Shown here one piece after another: positions 46,016 through 60,886 of a stretch of DNA of 64,000 nt. Origin of the DNA: Mytilus edulis (lineage: Eukaryota); assembly GCF_963676685.1 (NCBI RefSeq), contig NC_092346.1, positions 70,494,001 through 70,558,000 of the forward strand, given 5' to 3'. Each line of letters starts with the position of its first letter. The first letter of the stretch is position 1. The position numbers and the translations under genes were made by a program. Under the pieces are notes generated by a model. The model saw only the letters and a program-made list of their open reading frames with translations, was not told the DNA's origin and searched no databases.

Positions 46016-46360
46016 ATTCCTTAAGTCGGCAAATTTTTGAAATTTTATTAGGAAAACTTTACCCAGATTTAATCCATACACGTGTATGAAAAAAAAATGT
46101 AAACAGTTTGAAAGTAAACTATTAATAATCCAATTGTGCAAGAACTTGTAAAAATGACCGGTCCACATTATGATAAATAATAAGTAATAAGGGTAAATTT
46201 GGTATGGAATAAATGAAAGATATTTCGGCAAGAATTTTTTTTACAATAACGATTTATAATTTGTCATCAAAAGGTTTCTTGTACATTTTGTAATTTCAAA
46301 AACATGTCGTTCTATAGCTTTCGTAAATAAAATTTCATAAATTTGCCGATTTAAGGCAAT
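46016..46360. mobile_element. MITE
   Basis: TIR ccttaagtcggcaaattt / aaatttgccgatttaagg. Confidence 0.7.
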
Positions 46361-48183
46361 AAAAAGTATGAACTTCAAAAGTCTACATAATTATTAACTT
46401 TATTCAGAAACTACACCCTTTTGAAATTTTTAAGGTTTCACAAATAATATATGGATTTAAGTAAAATCATGTATTACGGCATTGCAAGTTTTATTATTGG
46501 TATAGTGGTACTTGGTACTGTCTACTGTGCGTTGAAATGAACTGTGGTATATAGAAAACATCAAATTACCTCACCAAATTTTATCACGCACTGTACCCAT
46601 ATATATATTTTTTTTTATTATTGTTGTATTTATAGGAAACTGGCCATGTATGCGCGGGGCTTCACGATCAAAAACTTATTGAATTGATTTATTGATTGTT
46701 GTTTGCTTAACGTCCAGTGGCAAATATTTCATGCATGTTCAGGACGATAAAACTTATTGAACCCTGTCACATTATTTTTGTTGTTATGCTGTATATAACT
46801 TGTCAAGCCAATGCTTTTGTTTTCTTTTTTGGTACGCATTTTTTTAAGGGTCCCTTACAGTTAGCTATACCATATGGATTGTACTTCGACCTCGGGGTTT
46901 GTTTTTTTTTTGGGGGGGGGGGGGTGAAAGGGGGGGGGCGCTATCTTATCGTTTTTAATCAAATTAAGATGTAAAAGTCAGTTTTAATCAAATTAAGATG
47001 TAAAAGTCAGTATGTGGCAATCGAGAAATTATATATGAATGGGATATGATTTTTGATGAAATATATGAATGATTATTGGTATTCAAAAAAATAAATATAC
47101 GAATGGGGTGCATTAGAAACCCCAGCTGCCCGTTTGTATCAAAAGAATATGTGGACCCCACCTTTTTGACTACTTGGTAAATGTTCACCTTCTTGTCGGT
47201 TTGACTTTTGTGTACAAAATGTACATTACCGTTATGATTTAATTTTGAATTGAATAAAACATACAAATGTATATATTGAAAACAATCAGTGTTACTTTCA
47301 AGATTTGTTTTAATTATTTTCGTGAATAAGCTATATAATTCGACAATTTTGCACGACATTTATCTTCAAAATTAGCACGGTGACCCATTGTCTCTAATAT
47401 GTTTTTGAAAAATGCATGGTAAAATCTGTATTTTGGCAAAGTACAAGAAAATTTTATATGAGGAAATTTATATCGATAATCCCCCCAAATACGATCACAA
47501 TCATCTGATAAGCATGAAGTTTGAACAAAAGTTATATACATTTTAGTGAAGACATACATTCTAATGTTTACATTGGAGATAGAGTTTTAGAATTTTTTGA
47601 TGAACAGACAAATTTGAATAAAGTCATGTTTTTTTTCAGGAGCTCAAGGTCCTTTCCTTTGCAATTGGTCAGGAAATATGCCAACAGGAATGCTATGCAC
47701 ACCACGACAAACCAAAAGACCTTTTGAGATGTAACATTCAATTTCGAGTTTATTGACGTTTTTGCATTATGTGATATTTTGTTCTTTGTGATTTAGTTCA
47801 TTTAGTTGTGATTTAAAAATAAACCGGAAGTTTAATTAAAGTTGTTCACTTAAATTAAAGAAGTAGATATCAGGTTTTAAAAAAATGTCTTTGATAAGAA
47901 GTAAAAATTCGTTCGTAGAAGCTACATAGTCAAAGCAGACAATTGAACGACCACTTTCAAGAATTTCAAAATTATGGAAAAATTCGATTGTAGAAAGGTT
48001 GCTAAGAAATACAAGAAGATTTCAAACTGAAATAAGGTTCTATTAACTCCAAAATATGTACAAGAGTTATTTTTTACAAATTTTTATTGAATTATTGGGC
48101 TTAATTTGCTACTAATGTGGTAAAGGCTTTATACAAATTCAGGTCAAATTGTAATTTTCTTACGAATCTTACTGGATCGATGA

Positions 48184-48412
48184 GGCACCAACCATTCATC
48201 TTTTGAGATGGTTTTACATTTGAAGATTAAACGTCTTTCAATTTTTCTTCCAGTTTGTTCCCATTACAAAAATTTTAAAAACCTAGTTATACAAAAATCT
48301 GTCTCTGTATGATTTTGAAAAAAAAACATTGTATATTTTTAAAATAGTCGAAAACAAAATTGTCTGTGCCATGAAAAAGTCGTGGTCCAACAAAAGATGA
48401 ATGGTCGGTGCC
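48184..48412. mobile_element. MITE containing the left breakpoint of the tandem duplication
   Basis: TIR ggcacc(a/g)accattcatcttttg; the second copy (55466-55650) keeps only the right TIR. Confidence 0.7.
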
Positions 48413-51400
48413 TTATACATAGCAGTCGGTTGCAAAAGTTGACGATCATATCTATAACTTGAGTATGGCTAATTCTATTTTACCTGAAATTAACATATTC
48501 ATAGCAATTCCTTAGATACGAAAGATCCGCAGGTTGTTTTGGGTTGTTTTCTGCTCTTTTGTCGGGTTGTTGTCTCTTTGACACTTTTCCCGTTTCAATT
48601 CTCAATTTTATTAAAGATATAACTGCATATATAAAAATAAGAATATGTGGTCTGATAGACAATCAGACAATTCATTTCAAGGGACCAACACACGTTAGCA
48701 ACTATAGGTCACCGTGTGACCTTCAAAAATAAGCAAAACACATACTGTATAGCATGAAAGCTGTAAAAGGTCTTTGCATGGCAAACACGAAAGATGAGTG
48801 GATGATAACAGAGAGAGAAAAAAAAACACGGAAACCGCATGGACAAATGGTCCGCAATATTACTTGGGTCAACTCGCTAAAATGAATGAAAGACCTTGCG
48901 AATGTAAGTCCTTATCTATGGCTGGGACGTATGTTAAAAATTTGGAAATTTTTATAATGTAAGACTTGGTTTTAAATTATTTGTGAGTGAGCTGAAAGAG
49001 TCGTTAATAAATAATCACTCCCAGAAAGACGACAAATCCATAAAAAAAAAGAAAAAAATGATTATGCGAACTACAGTGCACAGTATATTATATTCATATT
49101 TTATTTGCGATCATAAAATATACGAAGTCGTCCATAACTATGTAAATTGGGTCGCTTTAAAAAAAAAAATAAGTTGATATAAAAAAAGAAGTGGTATGAT
49201 TGCCAATGAGACAACCCTCCACAAGAGACCAAAATGAATACGTTTCTTTTGCCAAGGGTTTTTCACAAATATAGTAGTGAACAGAACAGTTCAAGTTTCC
49301 TATATGCACCAAGTTATACATTTTGCGTATATATAAAATTACGATATACGTAAATGCAAATTTCACAAGGCTTGATCCCAATAGGTTTTTTACTGTCCAA
49401 TAACTTGCAAGTACGAAAAAGACAGTCCTGGCAGAAGTATTTTCTATTATATTGTCTATATGTTTTGATTTTGCACAACTTTTGAAAGTTGATCATGCAT
49501 TCGTTTTAAAATAAAATTTTAGACCAGATAAAAGTTAAAAAGATGACATAATTCGACAACCGCAATTGATAAATCCCTATAACGTCCGAAAAAAAAGATA
49601 ATTATCAACACATGCATTGTAACTTTTAAAACCAGTTAAATCATTTTTTTCTGAAAGTACGTGCAATATCATAAAAATTAATTATCAAAACATAACAAAA
49701 ACACAAGTAAAGATTTTTTTAAGTTTTCAATATTATAAATCAAAACGTAAAGGTTGTTCCTGATTAGTTGTTTGAATTATTTTATTTAGGCGTGGAGAAC
49801 CTTTGGTGACCCCACAGTTTAAATATCTATCGTAAAGTACGTCGTGAGCAGTGGTCGTTACAGACAAACGTTCACCTAATCTGTCCCAGTCAATGGATGA
49901 TTTTAATGTGTCAATCAATGACCACAGCCACACTGTTATGAATTTCATTCTATCAATTTTATAATAGTTAGAGGACGACCATTTGATATTCTGAGGGGGC
50001 CAGGAGTATTTTGAAAATAGATAACTCAGCCTTGGTAATCGCCAAAATAAATGGTTTGTTCTGTGGTAGTTTGAAAATAAATAACCTGACTTACAATGTT
50101 TTGAAAATAAATAACTCAACAGGTCTATTTTAAAGTATGAGATGGCACCAGAATCTTCATAGAATTCATCTTGTTTTCCCAAAAAAAAATCGGGAAACAA
50201 TTCCCAAATCTTTTTAAAGTATAAATATTATTTAAATATACTTCAAATGACCGAAAATGGGTTTCATTTAACTTGAGGTAAATTGTCTCGGGAACACTTA
50301 CCTCACTCTTATTACAGGACAGTAACTACATTGAGGCAAATGGGCTCATGTAGGAAATTTCAAAACCAAAAGTTTGTCTACTGTAACATAACAAACTGTT
50401 TCACGGAGAGCGTCTTGCAAGAAGCAAATTCTGATCTCCTCGGACATGGCCTCTGTTTTTTTCGGGATCAATGTTTCTTATTTATTTGCCTTTAAATTTT
50501 GTTCATTCTGTATTCTGTTAGTGTTGCATTCCTTTTGTAATTTAGTAATTTTGTTATTAACTTGATCACGAGTTTAAAAAAAAACAGCAGCCACATAATT
50601 GTCTATGAGAATTACATATTTGCTTTATCCTACATTTTGGTCTTTTGATGTTGTCCCTAAAACCTTAAGTCTCTTGCACCAAATCTACACATTTTGCCTT
50701 GAGACCAAAATATTGTCAAAAAATGATTTAAACGGAATTGCATTTTCAGATTAAGAAATGGTCTGGGAAACACATAGAAAGCAATATTTTATAGCTTCTT
50801 GGGGGGGCCTTTAGCGGCTTTAAAACCCTTCCAAAAAACTTGTTTTGCAATACTTTTAAAAAAGGCAATATGACCAAACTTTAATACCGTGCAAGTAGGC
50901 AATACATTGTATATGCGGTTGGTAAGTTTCATTTCCGCAGAGGATGATAATTAGTTCTGATTAAATAGTACATAATAGTTGCATGTATTATTTATAATTA
51001 AAAAAGGTTTAAAAATTGTATGTTTTTAGATATTAATATAAATATAGTTGTGAAAATAAATAATCAGTCCCTTGTTTTACTGAAAATGGAAAGTGCAGAA
51101 AATAAATAATCTGTCTTCTTAGTTTACAAACATAAATACCGATCCAAAACAAATCATCCTTTCTGCATGGCCCACAAACAGTCATTATCATACCTATACA
51201 GGTAGAACGACGATTTTAGAATATCATTGTATCATTAACATGAAAGATCCATAAAACATATAATTTTGGGTCAAACGGAATTTTTTCTATTAAGATTATA
51301 ACACACAATATGGACTAGTGTAGCTTTAATCTTTGGCGTTTTTATCTATCATGTTTGTTTGTTTTGTTCATACATTGCTTTCAAGAATTTAGCAAGCTGT

Positions 51401-53760
51401 AAAACCAGGTTTAATTCACAATGTTTCTACATATGGAAATGACTGTTTTAAGTCAGGAGTATGACAGTTGTTTTCCATTTGTTTGATGTATTTAAGCTGT
51501 TGATTTTGTGACGTAATGAAGGACTTTCCAATTTAAATATTCCGTAGGGTTTGTGTTTTTTAGTGTGACAACTATTATCCGTTTAATTATGTTTTCTATT
51601 ACCTTCTAGAACATAACAATAACAATTAAGTTACAACTTAAGAATAACTCATGTAGCTGATCTATGTTTGAAGGACAGTGTCGCATCTAACAGTAAAAGG
51701 AAGTTTGATATTCCACGTCAGTAGTCGGTTTTTTTGTTTTCATGTTTTGTCTTTCTGTCTATTTCTAGAGACTCCTTTCTTTGCTACCTCCTTGTACTAA
51801 TGTTTTGCTGTGTATGTTGAACTGTAATAAGCTGGTTTAATGCAAGATGTAACTTACACCCATGATAAAAATATATATACATAGAACTTTTAAAAAATCT
51901 AGGAGTCATCTCTCAACCAACAAACGGGGTAAAATGTATATGTTTTGTCTCTAGATTCACTTTCATCAATACAACTGCCGTTTTATTCGATTATGTTTTT
52001 AATACAAAAAACTTCCTCAGAGGTTGGGATCTCATTAAAAGATATTTGCAATAGGTTTCGCATTCTTCCCAGATTCACAAATACTTTTTATAAATAAATT
52101 TGCCTTGCAACGGTTTAAAAATGAATAATCTAAATGACTGCAAATCTTTGGTATTCACTGTGGACGTATTAATCCCTTCCCTGAGTAGACTCATACTGAT
52201 TAAAGCTTGATGTGTCTTTTTGACAATTTTTTAGTGTGTATATACCTTTATATGTTATTTCTAGTTTTATATTATTTATGTCTTAAAACCTGTTTTTAAC
52301 ATTTTTTGAAGTCAAATGAATGGGAATGGGTCGGAATCTTATCTGCCGGCTTCTTTTCACATTTAGAGAATTTCTCCTCCTTTTATACAAGCTTGTGGTT
52401 TCTTTCTTGAACTTTTGGGATTCGTCTATTTTATCGTAGATTTTCTTTGAGTAACTAAAAACGAATGGAAAAAGATAGACAACTATTGTTTGATATTTGT
52501 TAGATAACATAATGAGAGGCAATAAAAACGTAACACCAAGGTATGTTTTCAGTTTAATAAAAAAAAATCTTACAAAGGGGCTTTTATAACCAAAAATTTT
52601 TAGATTTTGATGACCTCATACAATTTTGATGTCATTAGATTTCTAAATTTCACACTCATTAATACAAAAAAGGAATTGTTCTCTTGATGGTTGAATTCAA
52701 TCATAATTTATTTACCTCTACAACAAGTATAATAAAACAGTGATGAATGATCAATTATCGGTAGTATTAGATCCAGTGTGATTATATCAAAATGAAAATC
52801 CGAGTTTTACTTTTCTTCCCTATGAGACTATGGGAAGAATGAAAAGTGCAATTGCCTAAATATGTCTAAAATAAATAAGATAACCATCTAAAAGTTTTGT
52901 AATTGATTAATGGCTATTGTCATGCTCCTCAGTAGCGTGTTTCCTCAACCATATGAGATAGAATACACTTCGTGACAAAAGCCAAACGTTTGGTTGTCTA
53001 TATTTTACCCTAGACTGATACCACGACACACCACATTACAATCTTTGTCTCACAAAGCAAATCGATTGAATTTTCATCAACATAACCTAATTCAACTACA
53101 CTTCAAAAGTTTACAGTCGCCAACGTAATTTAGGTGGTCGTTATCAGGTCAGTACGTCACTGGTAATAAATATATGTACGTTATGCTTGTTCATGTTTGC
53201 AATATTTGGACTATATTACAAGGGTGTACTTATGTAATGTGTTATGACGAAGAACAACTGAAATTTTAAACTCTATATGTTTACATTATCACGAAGTGGT
53301 TGACGATTTGTGTGTGTCTCGTCTCAAGAGCGACATGTGTCTTCGTGATCTGAGATCTAAACTACAAGAGTTGTCGTCTGATCAGTAAATTAGCCGATTG
53401 AGTCGGATTCCAGATTGTCACCGAGTGGAAATTTGCAGTGCGAGTATTACAAACATAGTTAGAATAGCTTATCCTGTTCAAGCATCAATTTTGTCGTTTT
53501 GTAGACGAGACGTATGATATACAGTTGTTCGTCCGTCTGTCGTCAACGCTTCGATATTAATTCAAAAACGCTGTCGCCAATTTTTATGAATCGTTGCTGA
53601 ATTGTTTTATCTATTGAAAAAAGCTCCGCTTCCATTTTTATAAATTTAGATGTTATGTTTCCATATTGTAGGATTTTTTTCATTCAAAAATAAGGGACTT
53701 TCCAGTTTTACACAATAACTCAACAAATATTTTGAAACTGGTGAATTTTTGTATATATTG

Positions 53761-54793
53761 TAGGGATATCAACGAGTATTCAAGTGTCGAATACCAAAGT
53801 AATACTCGACTAATCTGTGTCCTTTGGGATATTGGCATCGTCTTTTCATACTAATAATTTCTTGAAAACATTCCTCGGGAAATTAAATAGTAATCACGGA
53901 TTAGTATTAAAGTGTAAAATAATATACATTTGTATGATGTTGATCATTTAAAATGCCGCCGAGGTTCTCTGTTTGGAAATATTTTAAACGCAGTATTAAA
54001 GATAAAACCGTAAAATGTCAACTTTGTGAAGTGTCGCCGACATATTGTTGGGAAACTACAAATAAAGGCAACAGTAGTATACCGCTGTTCAAAACTCATA
54101 AATCAATGGACAAAAAACAAAATCGGGGTAACAAACTAAAACCGAGGGAAACGCATTAAATATAAGAGGGGAACAACGACACAACACTAAAATGTAACAC
54201 ACAAAGAAACGGACCAAGCATCAGACAAAATCCCACGAGAATAACAAATATAACATCAAAACCAAATACATGAATTTGGGATAGACAAGTACCGTGACAC
54301 GTCTTATCGCAATGTGAAATTACACTCAAAAATAAGAGAAAAAAAAAACGACGCAACGTTAAAATGTAACACACACAGAAACGAACAATAATATAACAAT
54401 GGCCATTTTCCTGACTTGGTACAGGACATTTTTAAAGGAAAAAATGGTGGGTTGAACCTGGTTTTGTGGCATGCCAAACCTCGCACTTTAATGGCAATGT
54501 TAAATATAACATTAAAATGACAACATAATATTACAGGACTACAATACAAATAAATAGGAGAACGTATTAGACAAAGAAACACATGATTAATGAATAACAA
54601 AAAGCATCAGGTTTGAAATTCAATACGTCAAAAACGCGCCTCGTCCACACAAGACTCACCAGTGACGCCCAGATATAAAAGATCGAAAGCGAAAAAAAGT
54701 ACAAAGCTGTACAGCAGTGAAGATCAAAAGTTGAAAAAGGCTGTGTCAAATACGGCTATGTTTTTACAAACATGTTAAATCATATAAGAACTA
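53761..54793 (+). pseudogene. 5' part of the hAT transposon (BED finger), first duplicate copy
   Basis: tagggat terminus; MPPRFSVWKYFKR...KCQLC...Y..TTN|MLNH. Confidence 0.7.
54058..54768 (-). mobile_element. Short Penelope-associated element with a mutated hammerhead (54626-54670), inserted in the hAT BED finger; copy at ~61184-61893
   Basis: tacaaa repeated at both ends; the host reads WETTN|MLNHIRT across it; - strand ggcgtca-CTGGTGA-gtct...ggac-GAGG. Confidence 0.7.
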
Positions 54794-55465
54794 CTAGAAC
54801 ACACCCGTGATATCGCGGGTCCGTGACTGAATTAAAGTATATAACTATGCGCAAGCCTTATCTTAGTATTAGTACTGTCATCTGATAAAGTCATGCCGAT
54901 TATAAGATACACAATTTTCTCTGCTTTCAAATCTTTCTGTTTGAACCCGTCGAACTGGAACTTATCAATTATTGGTAATATTAATTATTTGGAAAACAAA
55001 AGGTCCTGGAATGGAGTATTTTTTAATCAACAGCATTGTCCTATATTAGTTATAAATAAAGTTGAATTCTTTGATTCGCTGTTTTACGTCATGCCCGCTA
55101 ACAAATTGAATTTTTAGTCCAGATTTTTAGTATTCGTATTGTTATCTTAGAAAGTCTTACGGATTAAAATACTACAATAGGTAACAATTTGACAATTTAG
55201 TAGTGTCAACCCTGTGATTATGACCCGTTTATATGGCATATTAATCCTGAATACACCGTTTGGTGGTGCGCCTGTCAGTTGCAGAACGTACAGATAAGGT
55301 AATAGGTAACAGGTGATTATACTATTGGTATCGGTATCGGACTGGACCCGGAACTTCCTAATTATTGGCGATATTAATTACGTGGAAAACAAAAGGGCCT
55401 GGAGTGGTGTAATTTTTAATCTACACCTTTGTACTATATTAGTTGTATATAAAGTTGAATTCTTT
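54794..55465 (-). mobile_element. Non-autonomous Helitron, 5'-truncated by the duplication junction
   Basis: Same sequence as 61919-62590. Confidence 0.75.
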
Positions 55466-58400
55466 TAAACGTCTTTCGATTTTTCTTCCAGTTTGTTCCC
55501 ATTACAAAAATTTTAAAAACCTAGTTATACAAAAATCTGTCTCTGTATGATTTTGAAAAAAAAACATTGTATATTTTTAAAATAGTCGAAAACAAAATTG
55601 TCTGTGCCATGAAAAAGTCGTGGTCCAACAAAAGATGAATGGTCGGTGCCTTATACATAGCAGTCGGTTGCAAAAGTTGACGATCATATCTATAACTTGA
55701 GTATGGCTAATTCTATTTACCTGAAATTAACATATTCATAGCAATTCCTTAGATACGAAAGATCCGCAGGTTGTTTTAAGTTGTTTTCTGCTCTTTTGCC
55801 GGGTTGTTGTCTCTTTGACACTTTTCCCGTTTCAATTCTCAATTTTATTAAAGATATAACTGCATATATAAAAATAAAAATATGTGGTCTGATAGACAAT
55901 CAGACAATTCATTTCAAGGGACCAACACACGTTAGCAACTATAGGTCACCGTGTGACCTTCAAAAATAAGCAAAAGTTAACACATACTGTATAGCATGAA
56001 AGCTTTAAAAGGTCTTTGCATGGCAAACACGAAAGATGAGTGGATGATAACAGAGAGAGAAAAAAAACACGGAAACCGCATGGACAAATGGTCCGCAATA
56101 TTACTTGGGTCAACTCGCTAAAATGAATGAAAGACCTTGCGAATGTAAGTCCTTATCTATGGCTGGGACGTATGTTAAACATTTGGAAATTTTTATAATG
56201 TAAGACTTGGTTTTAAATTATTTGTGAGTGAGCTGAAAGAGTCGTTAATAAATAATCACTCCCAGAAAGACGACAAATCCATAAAAAAAAGAAAAAAATG
56301 ATTATGCGAACTACAGTGCACAGTATATTATATTCATATTTTATTTGCGATCATAAAATATACGAAGTCGTCCATAACTATGTAAATTGGGTCGCTTTAA
56401 AAAAAAATAAGTTGATATAAAAAAAGAAGTGGTATGATTGCCAATGAGACAACCCTCCACAAGAGACCAAAATGAATACGTTTCTTTTGCCAAGGATTTT
56501 TCACAAATATAGTAGTGAACAGAACAGTTCAAGTTTCCTATATGCACCAAGTTATACATTTTGCGTATATATAAAATTACGATATACGTAAATGCAAATT
56601 TCACAATAGGTTTTTTACTGTCCAATAACTTGCAAGTACGAAAAAGACAGTCCTGGCAGAAGTATTTTCTATTATATTGTCTATATGTTTTGATTTTGCA
56701 CAACTTTTGAAAGTTGATCATGCATTCGTTTTAAAATAAAATTTTAGACCAGATAAAAGTTAAAAAGATGACATAATTCGACAACAAGTTTTCAATATTA
56801 TAAATCAAAACGTAAAGGTTGTTCCTGATTAGTTGTTTGAATTATTTTATTTAGGCGTGGAGAACCTTTGGTGACCCCAGAGTTTAAAAGGTTGTTCCTG
56901 ATTAGTTGTTTGAATTATTTTATTTAGGCGTGGAGAACCTTTGGTGACCCCACAGTTTAAATATCTATCGTAAAGTACGTCGTGAGCAGTGGTCGTTACA
57001 GACAAACGTTCACCTAATCTGTCCCAGTCAATGGATGATTTTAATGTGTCAATCAATGACCACAGCCACACTGTTATGAATTTTATTCTATCAATTTTAT
57101 AATAGTTAGAGGACGACCATTTGATATTCTGAGGGGGCCAGGAGTATTTTGAAAATAGATAACTCAGCCTTGGTAATCGCCAAAATAAATGGTTTGTTCT
57201 GTGGTAGTTTGAAAATAAATAACCTGACTTACAATGTTTTGAAAATAAATAACTCAACAGGTCTATTTTAAAGTATGAGATGGCACCAGAATCTTCAAAG
57301 AATTCATCTTGTTTTCCCAAAAAAAAATCGGGAAACAATTCCCAAATCTTTTTAAAGTATAAATATTATTTAAATATACTTCAAATGACCGAAAATGGGT
57401 TTCATTTAACTTGAGGTAAATTGTCTCGGGAACACTTACCTCACTCTTATTACAGGACAGTAACTACATTGAGGCAAATGGGCTCATGTAGGAAATTTCA
57501 AAACCAAAAGTTTGTCTACTGTAACATAACAAATTGTTTCACGGAGAGCGTCTTGCAAGAAGCAAGTTCTGTTCTCCTCGGACATGGCCTCTGTTTTTTT
57601 TCGGGATCAATGTTTCTTATTTATTTGCCTTTTGTTCATTCTGTATTCTGTTAGTGTTGCATTCCTTTTGTAATTTAGTAATTTTGTTATTAACTTGATC
57701 ACGAGTTTAAAAAAAAAACAGCAGCCACATAATTGTCTATGAGAATTACATATTTGCATTATTCTACATTTTGGTCTTTTGATGTTGTCCCTAAAACCTT
57801 AAGTCTCTTGCACCAAATCTACACATTTTGCCTTGAGACCAAAATATTGTCAAAAAATGATTTAAACGGAATTGCATTTTCAGATTTATAAGAAATGGTC
57901 TGGGAAACACACAGAAAGCAATATTTTATAGCTTCTTGGGGGGCCTTTAGCGGCTTTAAAACCCTTCCAAAAAACTTGTTTTGCAATACTTTAAAAAAAA
58001 GGCAATATGACCAAACTTTAATACCGTGCAAGTAGGCAATACATTGTATATGCGGTTGGTAAGTTTCATTTCCGCAGAGGATGATAATTAGTTCTGATTA
58101 AATAGTACATAATAGTTGCATGTATTATTTATAATTAAAAAAGGTTTAAAAATTGTATGTTTTTAGATATTAATATAAATATAGTTGTGAAAATAAATAA
58201 TCAGTCCCTTGTTTTACTGAAAATGGAAAGTGCAGAAAATAAATAATCTGTCTTCTTAGTTTACAAACATAAATACCGATCCAAAACAAATCATCCTTTC
58301 TGCATGGCCCACAAACAGTCATTATCATACCTATACAGGTAGAACGACGATTTTAGAATATCATTGTATCATTAACATGAAAAATCAATAAAACATATAA

Positions 58401-60886
58401 TTTTGGGTCAAACGGAATTTTTTGTATTAAGATTATAACACACAATATGGACTACTGTAGCTTTAATCTTTGGCGTTTTTACCTATCATGTTTGTTTGTT
58501 TTGTTCATACATTGCTTTCAAGAATTTAGCAAGCTGTAAAACCAGGTTTAATTCACAATGTTTCTACATATGGAAATGACTGTTTTAAGTCAGGAGTATG
58601 ACAGTTGTTTTCCATTTGTTTGATGTATTTAAGCTGTTGATTTTGTGACGTAATGAAGGACTTTCCAATTTAAATATTCCTTAGGGTTTGTGTTTTTTAG
58701 TGTGACAACTATTATCCGTTTAATTATGTTTTCTATAACCTTCTAGAACATAACAATAACAACTAAAGAATAACTCATGTAGCTGATCTATGTTTGAAGG
58801 ACAGTGTCGCATCTAACAGTAAAAGGAAGTTTGATATTCCACGTCAGTAGTCGGTTTTTTTGTTTTCATGTTTTGTCTTTCTGTCTATTTCTAGAGACTC
58901 CTTTCTTTGCTACCTCCTTGTACTAATGTTTTGCTGTGTATGTTGAACTGTAATAAGCTGGTTTAATGCAAGATGTAACTTACACCCATGATAAAAATAT
59001 ATATACATAGAACTTTAAAAAAATCTAGGAGTCATCTCTCAACCAACAAACGGGGTAAAATGTATATGTTTTGTCTCTAGATTCACTTTCATCAATACAA
59101 CTGCCGTTTTATTCGATTATGTTTTTAATACAAAAAACTTCCTCAGAGGTTGGGATCTCATTAAAAGATATTTGCAATAGGTTTCGCATTCTTCCCAGAT
59201 TCACAAATACTTTTTATAAATAAATTTGCCGTGCAACGGTTTAAAAATGAATAATCTAAATGACTGCAAATCTTTGGTATTCACTGTGGACGTATTAATC
59301 CCTTCCCTGAGTAGACTCATACTGATTAAAGCTTGATGTGTCTTTTTGACAATTTTTTAGTGTGTATATACCTTTATATGTTATTTCTAGTTTTATATTA
59401 TTTATGTCTTAAAACCTGTTTTTAACATTTTTTGAAGTCAAATGAATGGGAATGGGTCGGAATCTTATCTGCCGGCTTCTTTTCACATTTAGAGAATTTC
59501 TCCTCCTTTTATACAAGCTTGTGGTTTCTTTCTTGAACTTTTGGGATTCGTCTATTTTATCGTAGATTTTCTTTGAGTAACTAAAAACGAATGGAAAAAG
59601 ATAGACAACTATTGTTTGATATTTGTTAGATAACATAATGAGAGGCAATAAAAACGTAACACCAAGGTATGTTTTCAGTTTAATAAAAAAAAATCTTACA
59701 AAGGGGCTTTTATAACCAAAAATTTTTAGATTTTGATGACCTCATACAATTTTGATGTCATTAGATTTCTAAATTTCACACTCATTAATACAAAAAAGGA
59801 ATTGTTCTCTTGATGGTTGAATTCAATCATAATTTATTTACCTCTACAACAAGTATAATAAAACAGTGATGAATGATCAATTATCGGTAGTATTAGATCC
59901 AGTGTGATTATATCAAAATGAAAATCCGAGTTTTACTTTTCTTCCCTATGAGACTATGGGAAGAATGAAAGGTGCAATTGCCTAAATATGTCTAAAATAA
60001 ATAAGATAACCATCTAAAAGTTTTGTAATTGATTAATGGCTGTTGTCATGCTCCTCAGTAGCGTGTGTCCTCAACCATATGAGATAGAATACACTTCGTG
60101 ACAAAAGCCAAACGTTTGGTTGTCTATATTTTACCCTAGACTGATACCACGACACACCACATTACAATCTTTGTCTCACAAAGCAAATCGATTGAATTTT
60201 CATCAACATAACCTAATTCAACTACACTTCAAAAGTTTACAGTCGCCAACGTAATTTAGGTGGTCGTTATCAGGTCAGTACGTCACTGGTAATAAATATA
60301 TGTACGTTATGCTTGTTCATGTTTGCAATATTTGAACTATATTACAAGGGTGTACTTATGTAATGTGTTATGACGAAGAACAACTGAAATTTTAAACTCT
60401 ATATGTTTACATTATCACGAAGTGGTTGACGATTTGTGTGTGTCTCGTCTCAAGAGCGACATGTGTCTTCGTGATCTGAGATCTAAACTACAAGAGTTGT
60501 CGTCTGATCAGTAAATTAGCCGATTGAGTCGGATTCCAGATTGTCACCGAGTGGAAATTTGCAGTGCGAGTATTACAAACATAGTTAGAATAGCTTATCC
60601 TGTTCAAGCATCAATTTTGTCGTTTTGTAGACGAGACGTATGATATACAGTTGTTCGTCCGTCTATCGTCAACGCTTCGATATTAATTCAAAAACGCTGT
60701 CGCCAATTTTTATGAATCGTTGCTGAATTGTTTTATCTATTGAAAAAAGCTCCGCTTCCATTTTTATAAATTTAGATGTTATGTTTCCATATTGTAGGAT
60801 TTTTTTCATTCAAAAATAAGGGACTTTCCAGTTTTACACAATAACTCAACAAATATTTTGAAACTGGTGAATTTTTGTATATATTG

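Noticed and set aside
45878-46231. 117-aa ORF
   Set aside because: Spans two unrelated repeats and has no recognisable motif
49733-50200. 155/163-aa ORF with SYLFSK repeats present in both duplicate copies
   Set aside because: Non-ATG start; derived from tttgaaaataaataac repeats of a MITE-like sequence; conservation only reflects the duplication
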